Below the pieces are notes generated by a model. The model had not been told where the DNA came from. It was given only the letters and a program-made list of their open reading frames with translations, and did no database searches. From a virus (taxonomy: Duplodnaviria; Caudoviricetes): a DNA stretch of 64,000 bases. Shown in pieces: positions 28,613 through 38,633 of this stretch. Positions within the stretch are counted from its first letter, which is position 1, and every line of letters starts with the position of its first letter. The stretch is from IMG/VR virus record IMGVR_UViG_3300003375_000001, positions 160,001 through 224,000 of that record; one strand, written 5' to 3'. Made by a program: the position numbers and the translations under genes.

Positions 28613-30103
28613 TCACCAGTACCTCCTGTAGCCATAGCCTGGAGATACAGCGTTTAAGCCAATACCAATAGCACCCATAGCCCCTATCTGACCAGAAGCG
28701 TTATCCAGGTCTCCATCACCAGAGGTAACTGCCATGATCTTCAGGTTCTGCTTGAACGGTTTCATTTCTGCGTCAAGACGTTGCTGCAAGGTGTCAGCTA
28801 AACCTTGGTAATACTGGGTCTTGTCTGTGTTCAAGGAAATAGCTTGACCTTGAAACTCGAAAGCCTTTTCACCTTCAGCTAGGTATTGCGCACGAAGCAT
28901 GGCTACTTCCGCGTAAGACAGCCAGTACTCTCTAATACCTCCGGACGCATTGGTCATGTCAAAAGACGTTATCATGCCTGAAGCAGCATTGAACATATCT
29001 TTAGCTCTACGTAGCCATGCGATAATAGTAGTGGTATCAAACAGCGTATCGGGGAAGCCTAGCATTGTTGTTCTAGCCTTCATCACTAACTGGCGCACAT
29101 CTTCTATAGCATTCAGCATAGAACTGTTTACCACGTATAGCCTGCCGGTTTCTCGATTGTTAGGCCCAGAACCGTCGTTGTATTTCCAGCTTAGATTGAA
29201 GGGCTCTAAGCTTGCTTTCAACACTGAAGTGTCTATCTGAGTTGAGTAGTACCAACCGCCGGATACCCTAGACTTAGTGTTTACTACCGAGTAATGAACA
29301 ACCAGGTTGTTGCCTTGATAGACTTCGATTCCTACGCTTGCGTATAGGCGATCAAGGACTAGCCCCGGTTGTGCGAGGTCACCGTACATTTCAACAGGGC
29401 TATCAGGACCTAGAGGTACAGACGACTGGCCCAGAACGGTGACGCCTTCTGACATCACCTGGACGTTCGTTGGGTTTGTTGGGTCTAGGTGAAGTTCCCA
29501 ACGAATCTGATAGCGTTGAGCTTCCAGTGTAGGAGGTGTCTCTGAGGGTACGTTAACAACGGCCAACGCGGTAACGTCAGTGGACATAGAGCCGTTGTTG
29601 ATTGTATAGCTATAGGCATTACCTGTAGAGTATAAGGTACCTAGGCTATCAATCAACGACCATTTTACAAATCCCTGAGAAACATCAGTTCCTGCGGGAA
29701 GCATAAAGAATGCTGTTCCCACAGACGCGTCGCCCGCTTGGATACTATCAACGAGAGCTTGGAAGGCGTTTGGGCTTTTGGTAGAGTAAGGCACACTGAG
29801 ATCGATGTCAACTAGAACCGCAATGGTCACAGTCAACGTTCGAGCTCCCGAGGTCGTTACTTGCAGTTGAGTGCCGTAAGTTGTACCTAGTACTCCACTG
29901 TTAGCAGGGAGAGTGAAAGTTGTCGAGGACGTAGGAACTACAGGAGTTCCGTACGTCAACATAGGTGTAGTCGCCGGTATGGTTTGAACAATTGTTACCG
30001 ACGTTACTGTCTCGCCTGTTAGAAGCAGGGGTGTAACGTCTACAGTAAAGGACGAAGCCTGGTCGTCCTTAAAGTAAACAAGAGGTTGAATATTGTTTGA
30101 CAT
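28613..30103 (-). CDS. putative virion structural protein (beta-rich N-terminal domains, head-completion/neck-like C-terminus)
   Basis: 496 aa; T/V-rich Ig-like N-terminus and helical C-terminus; lies in the presumed structural block. Function is inferred. Confidence 0.5.
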   Translation of the reverse strand: MSNNIQPLVYFKDDQASSFTVDVTPLLLTGETVTSVTIVQTIPATTPMLTYGTPVVPTSSTTFTLPANSGVLGTTYGTQLQVTTSGARTLTVTIAVLVDIDLSVPYSTKSPNAFQALVDSIQAGDASVGTAFFMLPAGTDVSQGFVKWSLIDSLGTLYSTGNAYSYTINNGSMSTDVTALAVVNVPSETPPTLEAQRYQIRWELHLDPTNPTNVQVMSEGVTVLGQSSVPLGPDSPVEMYGDLAQPGLVLDRLYASVGIEVYQGNNLVVHYSVVNTKSRVSGGWYYSTQIDTSVLKASLEPFNLSWKYNDGSGPNNRETGRLYVVNSSMLNAIEDVRQLVMKARTTMLGFPDTLFDTTTIIAWLRRAKDMFNAASGMITSFDMTNASGGIREYWLSYAEVAMLRAQYLAEGEKAFEFQGQAISLNTDKTQYYQGLADTLQQRLDAEMKPFKQNLKIMAVTSGDGDLDNASGQIGAMGAIGIGLNAVSPGYGYRRYW

Positions 30104-30111
30104 CAGGTTCC

Positions 30112-31248
30112 TTAGTCTCTGTCTTCAGTTGTATAGTAAACAGGCTTACCTACTGCGGTAGTTAACTCAGGGCTAGCTGGTATGTAGCCACTCGATGGAG
30201 ACGTCCTAAATATGTAGTAGGTACCAAAACCTCCTGGCCCCGTTTCCCATCGACCTTTGTTCTTTAGTATTTCTACTATGGCGTTGAAGGCTTCAGGTAG
30301 CAACTTACGGGTGAATGGACCAAAGTTGTGATCTGTGCCCTCTACGTGTGTCTTCAGATTTTTATCCCGAGCCTTGTTTATTTTATCTAGGAGTACTTTG
30401 ACTGCGTGGTTAAGAGGCATAGACTTAGGAAACGATAACTCTCCGTCATCAACTCCTAGCCTGGCCCAAGAAAACCGTCCACCGTCTTTAGTGAGTTTGT
30501 ACGCAGGCGCGAGCATGTACTCGTCTTTAATACCCTCGTAACTAACTATCTTTATTTCCCTCAGGCCTTCGGGGTCAGTGGCTACATAGTCAAAGAGCCC
30601 CTTGTTATAACCGTAAGGCCTCTTTTCTACAGTCCATCTCGGCAAAGCTGTCTTCAATTCTTTAAGTACACTTTCGGGAGAAGTATCTGTTACCATCTGC
30701 CCAGACTTCTGCTCCTCTTCTAGCTCAGAGGTTAGCGAGTTCAGGATAAAAGGCCAGGAACCTTTAAGCTTGGGCAAGTATTCGTCATTGGCTACTTGCT
30801 CAACAACATCTTCCCCCTCAGGTGTTAGCTCCGCTTTCAGAAGTTCTAGTTTGCGTAAGCTATCACTTATAACCTTAAAGCAAGCAGAGCCTTTTAATTT
30901 ATCTGTACCTAGTGGGCCAAAAGGTCTTTCTATAGCATGAGCAACCTTATGCAAACGTGTGGAAGTATCCTCTTCCACAGCGTACGATAGAATGAAAGTA
31001 ATGGACTCTAGGGCATGTGTAAGAGTAGTGAAAGGTAAGTAAGCCTTATTGTAGTAGTAGTCACTATGAACATTACCTTTTTTGCCCCTTGCTTTATTAA
31101 GGCACTTATCAAACCTCATCCTAGAACACAAAGATTTTATCTTTGGTAAGACCTGCTCAGCTAAAATAGCAACCTGCTCAGGCGTGAACGGTTGAGCTGA
31201 GGTCACCTTAAGACGGGCGGCTATCTCTCTAACGTGCTTGGCAATCAT
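30112..31248 (-). CDS. hypothetical protein with the H-x-x-EIAxRL leader
   Basis: 378 aa, N-terminus MIAKHVREIAARLKVTSA. Confidence 0.7.
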   Translation of the reverse strand: MIAKHVREIAARLKVTSAQPFTPEQVAILAEQVLPKIKSLCSRMRFDKCLNKARGKKGNVHSDYYYNKAYLPFTTLTHALESITFILSYAVEEDTSTRLHKVAHAIERPFGPLGTDKLKGSACFKVISDSLRKLELLKAELTPEGEDVVEQVANDEYLPKLKGSWPFILNSLTSELEEEQKSGQMVTDTSPESVLKELKTALPRWTVEKRPYGYNKGLFDYVATDPEGLREIKIVSYEGIKDEYMLAPAYKLTKDGGRFSWARLGVDDGELSFPKSMPLNHAVKVLLDKINKARDKNLKTHVEGTDHNFGPFTRKLLPEAFNAIVEILKNKGRWETGPGGFGTYYIFRTSPSSGYIPASPELTTAVGKPVYYTTEDRD

Positions 31249-31820
31249 GAGTTGTTTCCTTCATATAAAGTCTTGAGCTTGTCCTGAGCCATATGCAAAC
31301 GGTGCTTGGCTGCTGGATCGAGATTCTTACCTGCGCGGTTGATGTAGAAGTTCAAGGAACCCATAGCAGAGGTCAGGCTTGGGTGAGCCGCCTTGAGACC
31401 ATGAGCTATCTTGTCAGGAGTCTGCTTGAAGAAACCTTCTGGAGGAGACCAGCTCGTCTCTACGTTGTCGGTCCAGGCTTTCTCACTAAGCAAGACGGAA
31501 GCCCTGTGGTCTTTAGCCGACCACTTCTTCAGCACTACCTTGTGAGCCTTAGCCTCATCACCTTGCCACTTACCAGCGTTTATAAGAAAGTAAGCTACCT
31601 GCATTGCAACGCCAGGAACTCCGTATTCGTCAAAAGCCTGTTCCATAGACCGTGCGTAAGCCCGTGCTGAAGGGTCTGCCAAGCTTGGACCCACGGCTAC
31701 CACGGCTAGGATAGAAGCAATGACAGGCTCTGGTACGTTAGCCTTACGCAGTTTAGTTGCAAGGTCTTCTACTAAAGCTTGCGTAATAAGTCTGTCGGCT
31801 ATCTCTTGGATGTGACTCAT
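31245..31820 (-). CDS. DUF3175-like domain protein with the H-x-x-EIAxRL leader
   Basis: Start moved to ATG 31820 (MSHIQEIADRL); C-terminal SAMGSLNFYINRAGKNL...RL..A...L..LY matches the DUF3175 pattern. Confidence 0.65.
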   Translation of the reverse strand: MSHIQEIADRLITQALVEDLATKLRKANVPEPVIASILAVVAVGPSLADPSARAYARSMEQAFDEYGVPGVAMQVAYFLINAGKWQGDEAKAHKVVLKKWSAKDHRASVLLSEKAWTDNVETSWSPPEGFFKQTPDKIAHGLKAAHPSLTSAMGSLNFYINRAGKNLDPAAKHRLHMAQDKLKTLYEGNNS

Positions 31821-32149
31821 TGCAATTGCACCCAGCCTTTCTCTATAGCGTACTTGCGCGCGCTTTCCGTGCAGTCTTCCATCCACTGTAAGGGGATATC
31901 CTCAGACGACTCGCTAGCAACCAGGCAGCACGGACAGCCTTCCATAGCTCGAAGACCTGCGTGTTCTAGAACGTGGTTAGTGATGTTCCACATAGAACCT
32001 ATCAAGGGGTCAAAGGACGGTTCAGCACCCTCTATCTGATTAACCATTTCAGCGTGACAGGCCTCAGCGGTTTGCGCACCAAACTTGGACAGGCCTTTGG
32101 CTTCGACAAACTCACGTAGCTTGTCCCAATGTGTTTGACACCATTGCAT
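31817..32149 (-). CDS. hypothetical protein
   Basis: 110 aa; 4-nt overlap; CPCC motif. Confidence 0.65.
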   Translation of the reverse strand: MQWCQTHWDKLREFVEAKGLSKFGAQTAEACHAEMVNQIEGAEPSFDPLIGSMWNITNHVLEHAGLRAMEGCPCCLVASESSEDIPLQWMEDCTESARKYAIEKGWVQLQ

Positions 32150-32158
32150 AAAGAACTC

Positions 32159-32593
32159 CTATTTGTACCTACGTTGATTTCTACGAAGCCGGTCTTCCTC
32201 TGCTTTTATCTGAGCAGCAGTAGGCTCGTATACTTCCCAAACAAGAACTTGCCTGCGAGTTCCTGCGCCTTCAGTGTCTGTTAGCTTACCATTTATCAAG
32301 GCCATGACATGTTGACTACTCTGAAGGAAATATACACCCTTAGAAAACTGAGCTAATGCGTCAGCTAGAGTATACTTGTCCTTAGCCATGTGTGCATAGT
32401 TAGCTTTAGCTTTTAGGCCTCGGCTGTCCATGATAAAAGTCATGTCAAGTAGAGACCTAGGGTATTCCTCAGGAGTCAACAAAGGTTTCTTAAAGTGAGC
32501 TAACACTGCGTTAGTAGCTACTACACTACAACGATCTGGGCTAATAGCGCTCAACGCCCGGAGACGTTGAGCTATTTCTTGCAAGTGGCTCAC
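32159..32593 (-). CDS. hypothetical protein with the H-x-x-EIAxRL leader
   Basis: GTG start, MSHLQEIAQRLRALSA; the C..A...H pattern (CSVVA / SSQHVMA) is weakly papain/C39-like. Confidence 0.65.
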   Translation of the reverse strand: MSHLQEIAQRLRALSAISPDRCSVVATNAVLAHFKKPLLTPEEYPRSLLDMTFIMDSRGLKAKANYAHMAKDKYTLADALAQFSKGVYFLQSSQHVMALINGKLTDTEGAGTRRQVLVWEVYEPTAAQIKAEEDRLRRNQRRYK

Positions 32594-34893
32594 ACTCGTT
32601 CAACCCGAGTCTTCAAGTGGTCTTCCAACTCAGGTGTCAGTGTGATGACTTTAGTCAATCCCATGTCAGGTGCATCAACGATCAGGCGCTTGTCCTTCTT
32701 GTTGCTAGACATACGCACACCAAATTCCATACCCTTCGTCAACGTGAAACGAGTGCCTCGGAAATTCAGGATGATTGGCTTACCTGTGTATCGCAACCAG
32801 GTGTATTCATCAGCACCTTTGATACGAGAGGTTTCGTCGTTAGAAGTCTTCTTACCAGCTGTCTTTTTCCAAGCGTAAAAGTTATCAATAATGTCCTGTT
32901 CCGTTTTGTAATCGTTCACGCCTTGATTAGGTAACAGCCTGCCGTTAGGGAGCAGAACAAAGCGAAAGCCTTTCTGCGGACCTTCTACGATCTTGTAACC
33001 TGCTGGAAGTGTTTTAGGCTTAGTAGCAGCTTGGGACTTCTCAAGATCGTCTTCCTTCTTTAAAGGAATTTCTTCAATGTCATCGTCCTCTTCTTCCTCA
33101 GCATGGCCACAGTTAGAACAAGGTTTGACATCTTCCTTAACTTGTACCTTTTGCTTGTTTTCATCAGGTACTTCGTCAATGTCTTCGTCAGCAGGTTCGA
33201 CGCTCAAATCACTGTCCCCAGAAGGCTCTGGGGTAGCCCCAACGGACGGTTTTTCGTCATTCTGCGTAAATGTACTGTCTTTCCCCGAATCGTCAGTTTT
33301 CAAGGGAATTTCTTCCACTTCATCTTCTGCGGCTTCGGGGTCGTCTTTTGAAGAAACAGGTTCATCTGCACCTTCTGGTACCTTGCCATCAGGATTAGTA
33401 GGTACTTCCTTGTCTTCGTCTGCACGACCGTCATTACCTATGTCTTCGCCATCGTCAGGCTGGTCGTCCCCGACAGGCTCTTGCTCGGAGTTACCTTCCG
33501 GTTGACCTTCTTCGTCCTTGTCTGTAAACTCACGAGGGTGATCGTCACCAGGAGCTTCAGTAGGAACTTCTTCTACTTCCTCGTCGTCATCTTCGCGAGG
33601 ATCAGTTTCGTCTTTCAGGTCCTCGCTGGATACGCCTGGACGGGGGCTGTCAGTAACATCGTCAGTAACGGTCTTGTCTCGAGGATGAGGCGTGACGGCG
33701 TCTTGAGGTGGAGGATGCATACCGGAATGAGCGCCTGCAATATCATCAGCAGTCTTTTCCCAAGCTTCGTCTGGGATATCGCCAGACTCAAGCATGTCAG
33801 CCAGAGAATTGATAAAGCCTACCAGCATCTTTTGTTCATCAATACCAGCGGTCTCTGTGCTACCATGAACTACAGAGTGACCAGCAGCCTTCATAGCGGC
33901 CTCAGCGAACCAGTGACCGCCAACGTGCTTCAAGGCAATCATAGCAGGCGCGTGAACCAAGTGAGACAAACCACCTGTTAGGGCAATACCTCCAGCGAGT
34001 GTAGCTGCTTCCACGCCAAGGCTCTTAATAGCTTTCTTGGAGTGATCGTCTAGTTGGTCCCAGCTACGGATATGAACGAGCTTCGCGATACCGTGTAGCC
34101 CGTCTTTAACTTCCTTACCTTGATGCAGAAGGTGTTTAGCAAATGCGTGAGACTTATCGCGCAAGTGTTGAGCAGCCGTGCGCCGCTCAGGACTGCCAGC
34201 CTGTGTGCCACCGTCCTGAAAGAACTTAGCCGCTGTAGGTGGCATCTTCTTCAAACGCTGCACAAGGCGTTCCGACAGCTTAGGCTTACCTGGAACTGCG
34301 TCGTTTGCTGGCGCGTCTGTTGGCGGCGTAGCTGGTTGAGGTTGTTGAACTGGTGCTGCCGGTTGAGGGACTACGGCTGGAGGTTGTTGGGGTTGAGGAG
34401 GTGTTACGACTGGAGGTTGGGGTTGGGCCGGTTGCTGTGGAACTTCAGGTTGTTGAGGTGCAGGTTGAGGTGCAGGTTGAGGTGCAGGTTGAGGCTGTTG
34501 AACTGGCTGGGGTGCAGCCGGTTGCACAACTTGAGGTTGAGGCTGTTGCTGATTCAGTTGGTCATGCGCGTACTTGGACGCGGGATGCAGTTGAATATAC
34601 TGCTGCTGTTGATCGCGGTTCAAGGAATTCCACCAGGCATCTTGTGCTACTGCGTCTGCTTGCAGTTGATAACCGTATGTGAAAGCTAGGCTCTTAGCTC
34701 TGTCGGCTAGACCTACAACGTGAGCAAAGGCTACGACCTCTTCGTCAGAAACTCCTGCGATGGTAGCGAAGGTGTTGAGGTATTCACCAAGGACACCTTC
34801 ATTTGGCTTCACTGTAGAAGCTTGAATACTAGGACGATCGTTGATGAAGGTACGAACGCGGGCGTAAGCGGAAAGAGTAATAGGCTTGTTCAT
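32590..34893 (-). CDS. large low-complexity protein (Q/P-rich linker, hydrophobic segment, acidic region); possible internal head/ejection protein
   Basis: 767 aa; WWNSLNRDQQQQYIQLHPASKYA module; APQP repeats; D/E-rich region. Confidence 0.7.
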   Translation of the reverse strand: MNKPITLSAYARVRTFINDRPSIQASTVKPNEGVLGEYLNTFATIAGVSDEEVVAFAHVVGLADRAKSLAFTYGYQLQADAVAQDAWWNSLNRDQQQQYIQLHPASKYAHDQLNQQQPQPQVVQPAAPQPVQQPQPAPQPAPQPAPQQPEVPQQPAQPQPPVVTPPQPQQPPAVVPQPAAPVQQPQPATPPTDAPANDAVPGKPKLSERLVQRLKKMPPTAAKFFQDGGTQAGSPERRTAAQHLRDKSHAFAKHLLHQGKEVKDGLHGIAKLVHIRSWDQLDDHSKKAIKSLGVEAATLAGGIALTGGLSHLVHAPAMIALKHVGGHWFAEAAMKAAGHSVVHGSTETAGIDEQKMLVGFINSLADMLESGDIPDEAWEKTADDIAGAHSGMHPPPQDAVTPHPRDKTVTDDVTDSPRPGVSSEDLKDETDPREDDDEEVEEVPTEAPGDDHPREFTDKDEEGQPEGNSEQEPVGDDQPDDGEDIGNDGRADEDKEVPTNPDGKVPEGADEPVSSKDDPEAAEDEVEEIPLKTDDSGKDSTFTQNDEKPSVGATPEPSGDSDLSVEPADEDIDEVPDENKQKVQVKEDVKPCSNCGHAEEEEDDDIEEIPLKKEDDLEKSQAATKPKTLPAGYKIVEGPQKGFRFVLLPNGRLLPNQGVNDYKTEQDIIDNFYAWKKTAGKKTSNDETSRIKGADEYTWLRYTGKPIILNFRGTRFTLTKGMEFGVRMSSNKKDKRLIVDAPDMGLTKVITLTPELEDHLKTRVERV

Positions 34894-34927
34894 TTATTTC
34901 TCCGACGTGTCTGTGTAAAGAGGTTGT

Positions 34928-36139
34928 TCATTCGCGGTTCGTATTCAGAATCTTGGCGGCCTTCTTAAGGTCGTCATCCGACAGTTTGAAACGGGCTTTG
35001 AGAAATTCAAGGTCTTCAGGCTGCACGAATGTTTCCTTGTCACGGCGTTGAATAAAGAACTTTATGACCCAGCCCGTTTCGCTTTTGTAAGGCGTCAGGC
35101 TGAGTTTATTGTTCTTGGAAATCTTTGTGATGCCAACCATGTCCAAGTAAAGTTGACGCGTGATGTCATCAACTTCTTTTCTGTCTTTAACACTAGGCTT
35201 CAAAAAGAATTGCACCAGGCCCTCAGGTGTAATCTCGATGGTCTTGATTCTAGTCTGATACTCGAACAGGCTCTTTGGAATAGCGCCAGGCTTTAGCAAG
35301 AGGTCGAGTGGCAAAGCACCTACAGAGTTAGCAAAGCCGTCTAGATCAAGCAGAGTATTGATACCACGAATGGCCGACTTTATATCTGCAACCTTCTTGC
35401 GTAGCAGATCGCCAGAAGGTGGTTCAAATGTAGTCATAGTGGCCAGATAGAACTGCGGGCCTTTCTCTACTGAGTGTGTGTAGGACACCGCGATGAAAAG
35501 CTTGCTAATTTCTTCACCGGTTTCAGACACCAGACCATTGAGTTCAATGTAATTGGTAAACGCAAGTTCACCTTCTACCTCAAACATGTATACCCAGCTA
35601 TTGCTAGCCTCGTATTGCACACTGCGTTCTAGAACTTGACAGATAGCAGCCACGAAACGATTAAACTCCTGCGGCGCGTTGCCGTTGGCTAAGTCACGGA
35701 GGAACGTGAAAGCTTCGTTAAGCTTGTCCATAACGGATTTACGCATGCGTTCAATTTCAGCCGACGCGTGTCTAGCTTCCTTGCTATCGCGAGGAAAGGA
35801 CGCAAGCATTTTGCTTTGCATCGTGTCTAGCGTTTGCAAGGTGTCGTACAATTGGCGTGTGACCGCGTAGTTTTCTTGGAGGCTCTTAAGCTCACTAGGC
35901 TTAAGCTTTATGGTATTGGTAGGCTTGATCTTCGGGCTGTCTTTGATGTTCTCTTGGTCAATAGTGAACAAGGTAGCTTGTTGCAGTACCTTCTTGGACT
36001 GGCGCAGCAAAGCATACGCGTCGTCCACGTCTTCACCGAGCTGTTTGAGATCCTTCATAACTTCTTCCACATACCGATAGTTGGAAGAAGCAACACTGTG
36101 TTGAGTGATTGTCTTTGATTTTGCGTTTGGAGTTGCCAT
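34928..36139 (-). CDS. hypothetical protein
   Basis: 403-aa ORF with SD GGAG. Confidence 0.75.
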   Translation of the reverse strand: MATPNAKSKTITQHSVASSNYRYVEEVMKDLKQLGEDVDDAYALLRQSKKVLQQATLFTIDQENIKDSPKIKPTNTIKLKPSELKSLQENYAVTRQLYDTLQTLDTMQSKMLASFPRDSKEARHASAEIERMRKSVMDKLNEAFTFLRDLANGNAPQEFNRFVAAICQVLERSVQYEASNSWVYMFEVEGELAFTNYIELNGLVSETGEEISKLFIAVSYTHSVEKGPQFYLATMTTFEPPSGDLLRKKVADIKSAIRGINTLLDLDGFANSVGALPLDLLLKPGAIPKSLFEYQTRIKTIEITPEGLVQFFLKPSVKDRKEVDDITRQLYLDMVGITKISKNNKLSLTPYKSETGWVIKFFIQRRDKETFVQPEDLEFLKARFKLSDDDLKKAAKILNTNRE

Positions 36140-36140
36140 A

Positions 36141-37463
36141 TTATACTCTGCTATATCCTGTTAGATTGTCGCGGGCCAGCGCGGGCGTGCGAGGCGTGTG
36201 AACCTGAGACCTACGAGGTAGTATGTTGTAAAGCTCGGAAGGCTGTACAGGCCTTACGTCGCACTCCCACCCAAGTATGTTCCATCGTTTGTCGTTAGAC
36301 ATGTTTGTGCTCTTGACGTGAAGGATTTTCCCGTATGTAGAGTCAGCTATGATGTCATTGGCTCTTACAAGAGGGACTATAGGTGATACCACTAGTTGAA
36401 AGTCCTGCAGAGCTTCAAGGGCTGTTTGAATAGAACTCTTTTGCAGCTTAGGGAAGTCCAAGTAGGCAATCTGTTGACTCTGATTGACCTGAATCTCTAC
36501 GTGAGTCCATTCCGTTGTAGCCGCAAACATAATTTGAATGGTATGAACAAACCCATCGCAGTAAGGGATTAAGTCAGAAGCCTGCGATAGTAAGTTACCA
36601 TCAACAAAGAAAGAGCAAGGTATCTGAGTGCGACCATTCCAGCATGTTAACGCGTCAACACCAAATGCGAAATTGGGCAACACTACTTGGAAAGAAGCTT
36701 GAGTTCCTGTTACTGAAGGCGTGAACAACTCGAAGTTGACCTGACCGTCATCTCCTAATATGGCGTTAGGCCATTGGAAATTAAGTACTTGCCGCCAGCC
36801 GTTATAAACAGAGAAGCCACCTACAAAGTTTGTACCAAAGCACACAGGGCAAGCTCTGTCAGTAGTTCCTATCCCGAATGAATCGTCAAAGCCTTCAGGA
36901 AGAACTTCTACTAGGGTATCTACAGGCCCGTTAGGTCCAACGCCGTCGGGAACTAACGTGGTCACGCCTGGAGTGTTTGGATCATTAGACCAGAGATCGC
37001 TAGGAGAACCTATTATGTGTTCAGGTGTGTTAGCGTCTACTTCCCAGACAGACGGCAGATCGGGCCTTAAGGTTTGATTGACCTGCTCTTGGTCAATACT
37101 AAACAAGCTGCTATCGCCTTTCGGGCTGTCTAACAGTGCACCTACTTGTGTGGCAGGCCGTGTCCCGTATTGACTAACTCCAAACTCTAGGCCGTTAGCT
37201 AGCATTTCATTGACGAAGGCTACGTCTCCGTTGCCGTCCTCTCCTAGTCGTGTCTTGAGGGCAGATGACTTAGATCGACACGCGCACCTTACTCCGCAAG
37301 TCAGCCTGTGATAAACAATGGCTTCATAGCCTTGAGGTATAAAGGCTTGATGGTACTTAAGACGTTGCACCGGAGCCAGTATGTCTATGGCCTGCCGGGC
37401 TACGTCAGCTACTCTAACGTTAGACGGGAGTAGATGGTTGTTGGTAGATAACTTGATTGGCAC
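36141..37463 (-). CDS. putative virion protein with Zn-binding motifs (neck/head-closure-like)
   Basis: 440 aa; CACR and CPVCFGT motifs; GTG start; first gene of the long leftward block. Confidence 0.55.
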   Translation of the reverse strand: MPIKLSTNNHLLPSNVRVADVARQAIDILAPVQRLKYHQAFIPQGYEAIVYHRLTCGVRCACRSKSSALKTRLGEDGNGDVAFVNEMLANGLEFGVSQYGTRPATQVGALLDSPKGDSSLFSIDQEQVNQTLRPDLPSVWEVDANTPEHIIGSPSDLWSNDPNTPGVTTLVPDGVGPNGPVDTLVEVLPEGFDDSFGIGTTDRACPVCFGTNFVGGFSVYNGWRQVLNFQWPNAILGDDGQVNFELFTPSVTGTQASFQVVLPNFAFGVDALTCWNGRTQIPCSFFVDGNLLSQASDLIPYCDGFVHTIQIMFAATTEWTHVEIQVNQSQQIAYLDFPKLQKSSIQTALEALQDFQLVVSPIVPLVRANDIIADSTYGKILHVKSTNMSNDKRWNILGWECDVRPVQPSELYNILPRRSQVHTPRTPALARDNLTGYSRV

Positions 37464-37511
37464 GTTTAGCCTTTCAAGTAAGTCTGTAAGAGGCCATTTT
37501 TATTCCGATGA

Positions 37512-37518
37512 CTGTTAA
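37512..37518 (+). promoter_or_regulatory. ACTGTTAA upstream motif in plus orientation
   Basis: 48 nt upstream of plus-strand ruvC; orientation follows the gene. Confidence 0.55.
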
Positions 37519-37565
37519 GTCAGTAGTAATAAGATTAAAATGAGCAGAACCAAGTATACCAAATC

Positions 37566-38201
37566 ATGCCAACGGTGAGAATTTTAGGTCTAGACCCAGG
37601 AACAAATTCCTTTGCTTATTCCGTTTTGGAGCTAACGACCAAAACAGAAAAGGCCTCAGTAAAAATTCTCCAAAGAGGATTCATAAAGTCAACGGTATTT
37701 GACTTGCGAAGTCCAAAGTATCTACGTGTCCAGATAGCAGCTTTCAAGAGTTGCGTTAATAGCCTTATAGAAACCAACGAGGTGAAGTTTGTAGTAGCTG
37801 AGAGGTATCAGTCGAGAGGTATGGGTGGAGCGACCATTGAGCACGTAAACATCATGCTGGGATGTTTACTTTCTAGGTTCGATGTGAAGACTCGTATCTT
37901 TCCAGCTTCACAGTGGAAGAACGACTTGAACCGCAAGGGGTTCGTCCTCAATGACGTGTATGAAGCCTATAAAAAGATCATAACGCCGCATGAGATAGAC
38001 GCAGGGCACATAGGCTGGTATGGTGCCAACGCGCTATCGAAAGGTCTACTATCTCACGTAGGCATCTTAGAGTCCATCATAGCTACAGAGCAGCAAGATG
38101 TTGTAGCAGACATTCCAGGATACGGTGAAATAGACACGGTAGAAATTAAAAAAGGTCTGTCCAAAGAGAAACGCAACAAACGGAAGAAAAGAAAGAAATG
38201 A
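37566..38201 (+). CDS. ruvC: RuvC-like Holliday junction resolvase
   Basis: The plus strand reads ATG CCA ACG GTG AGA ATT TTA GGT CTA GAC CCA GGA (the track's minus label is wrong); RuvC acidic motifs ILGLDPG, VVAERY, HEIDA. Confidence 0.88.
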   Translation: MPTVRILGLDPGTNSFAYSVLELTTKTEKASVKILQRGFIKSTVFDLRSPKYLRVQIAAFKSCVNSLIETNEVKFVVAERYQSRGMGGATIEHVNIMLGCLLSRFDVKTRIFPASQWKNDLNRKGFVLNDVYEAYKKIITPHEIDAGHIGWYGANALSKGLLSHVGILESIIATEQQDVVADIPGYGEIDTVEIKKGLSKEKRNKRKKRKK

Positions 38202-38566
38202 AGTGCCCCGTCAATGACTCAGAAAAAGGCAGTACATGCAGGTCAACCGAGTGTATGTATAACTCGAATGGCGCATGTAAGTTTGTTATGGTACAAGGCA
38301 TGTACGAAAACAAAGACGACAAGATGGTATCTGACTATTTTGGTGTCAGTGTTACTGAAGTTAAGTCGAGAACACGTCTTATAAAGGCGGGCCTGGCAAC
38401 CGCTCAGTTCTTTGAGTTCATAACGTCCAAGAACATAATGGACGCAAAGGAAATAGACTTCAGACTTGTCCGAGAGAGTGAAGACGAATTTGATGCATGG
38501 AACAAGACCCCCATCACTTGGGACGAAGTTCTATTCGCTCTATCTATCATTCACGATAGCCTGTAA
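38198..38566 (+). CDS. hypothetical protein with an N-terminal Cys cluster
   Basis: Plus strand (track mislabelled); ATGA overlap with ruvC. Confidence 0.7.
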   Translation: MKCPVNDSEKGSTCRSTECMYNSNGACKFVMVQGMYENKDDKMVSDYFGVSVTEVKSRTRLIKAGLATAQFFEFITSKNIMDAKEIDFRLVRESEDEFDAWNKTPITWDEVLFALSIIHDSL

Positions 38567-38577
38567 AATAGACCAAA

Positions 38578-38617
38578 GGAAAGCCCGCTAACTTTTCATC
38601 AAGTTAGCGGGCTTTCC
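38578..38617. terminator. bidirectional terminator between convergent genes
   Basis: Perfect 17-bp inverted repeat GGAAAGCCCGCTAACTT / AAGTTAGCGGGCTTTCC with a 6-nt loop. Confidence 0.8.
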
Positions 38618-38633
38618 TACGGACATTATAATA

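Noticed and set aside
33077-34689. Plus-strand ORFs over the 767-aa gene
   Set aside because: Antisense shadows of Q/P-rich and acidic repeats.
37566-38566. ORF-track minus-strand labels for ruvC and the next gene
   Set aside because: The given proteins read directly from the plus strand (ATG at 37566 and 38198, ATGA overlap), so they are reported as plus.
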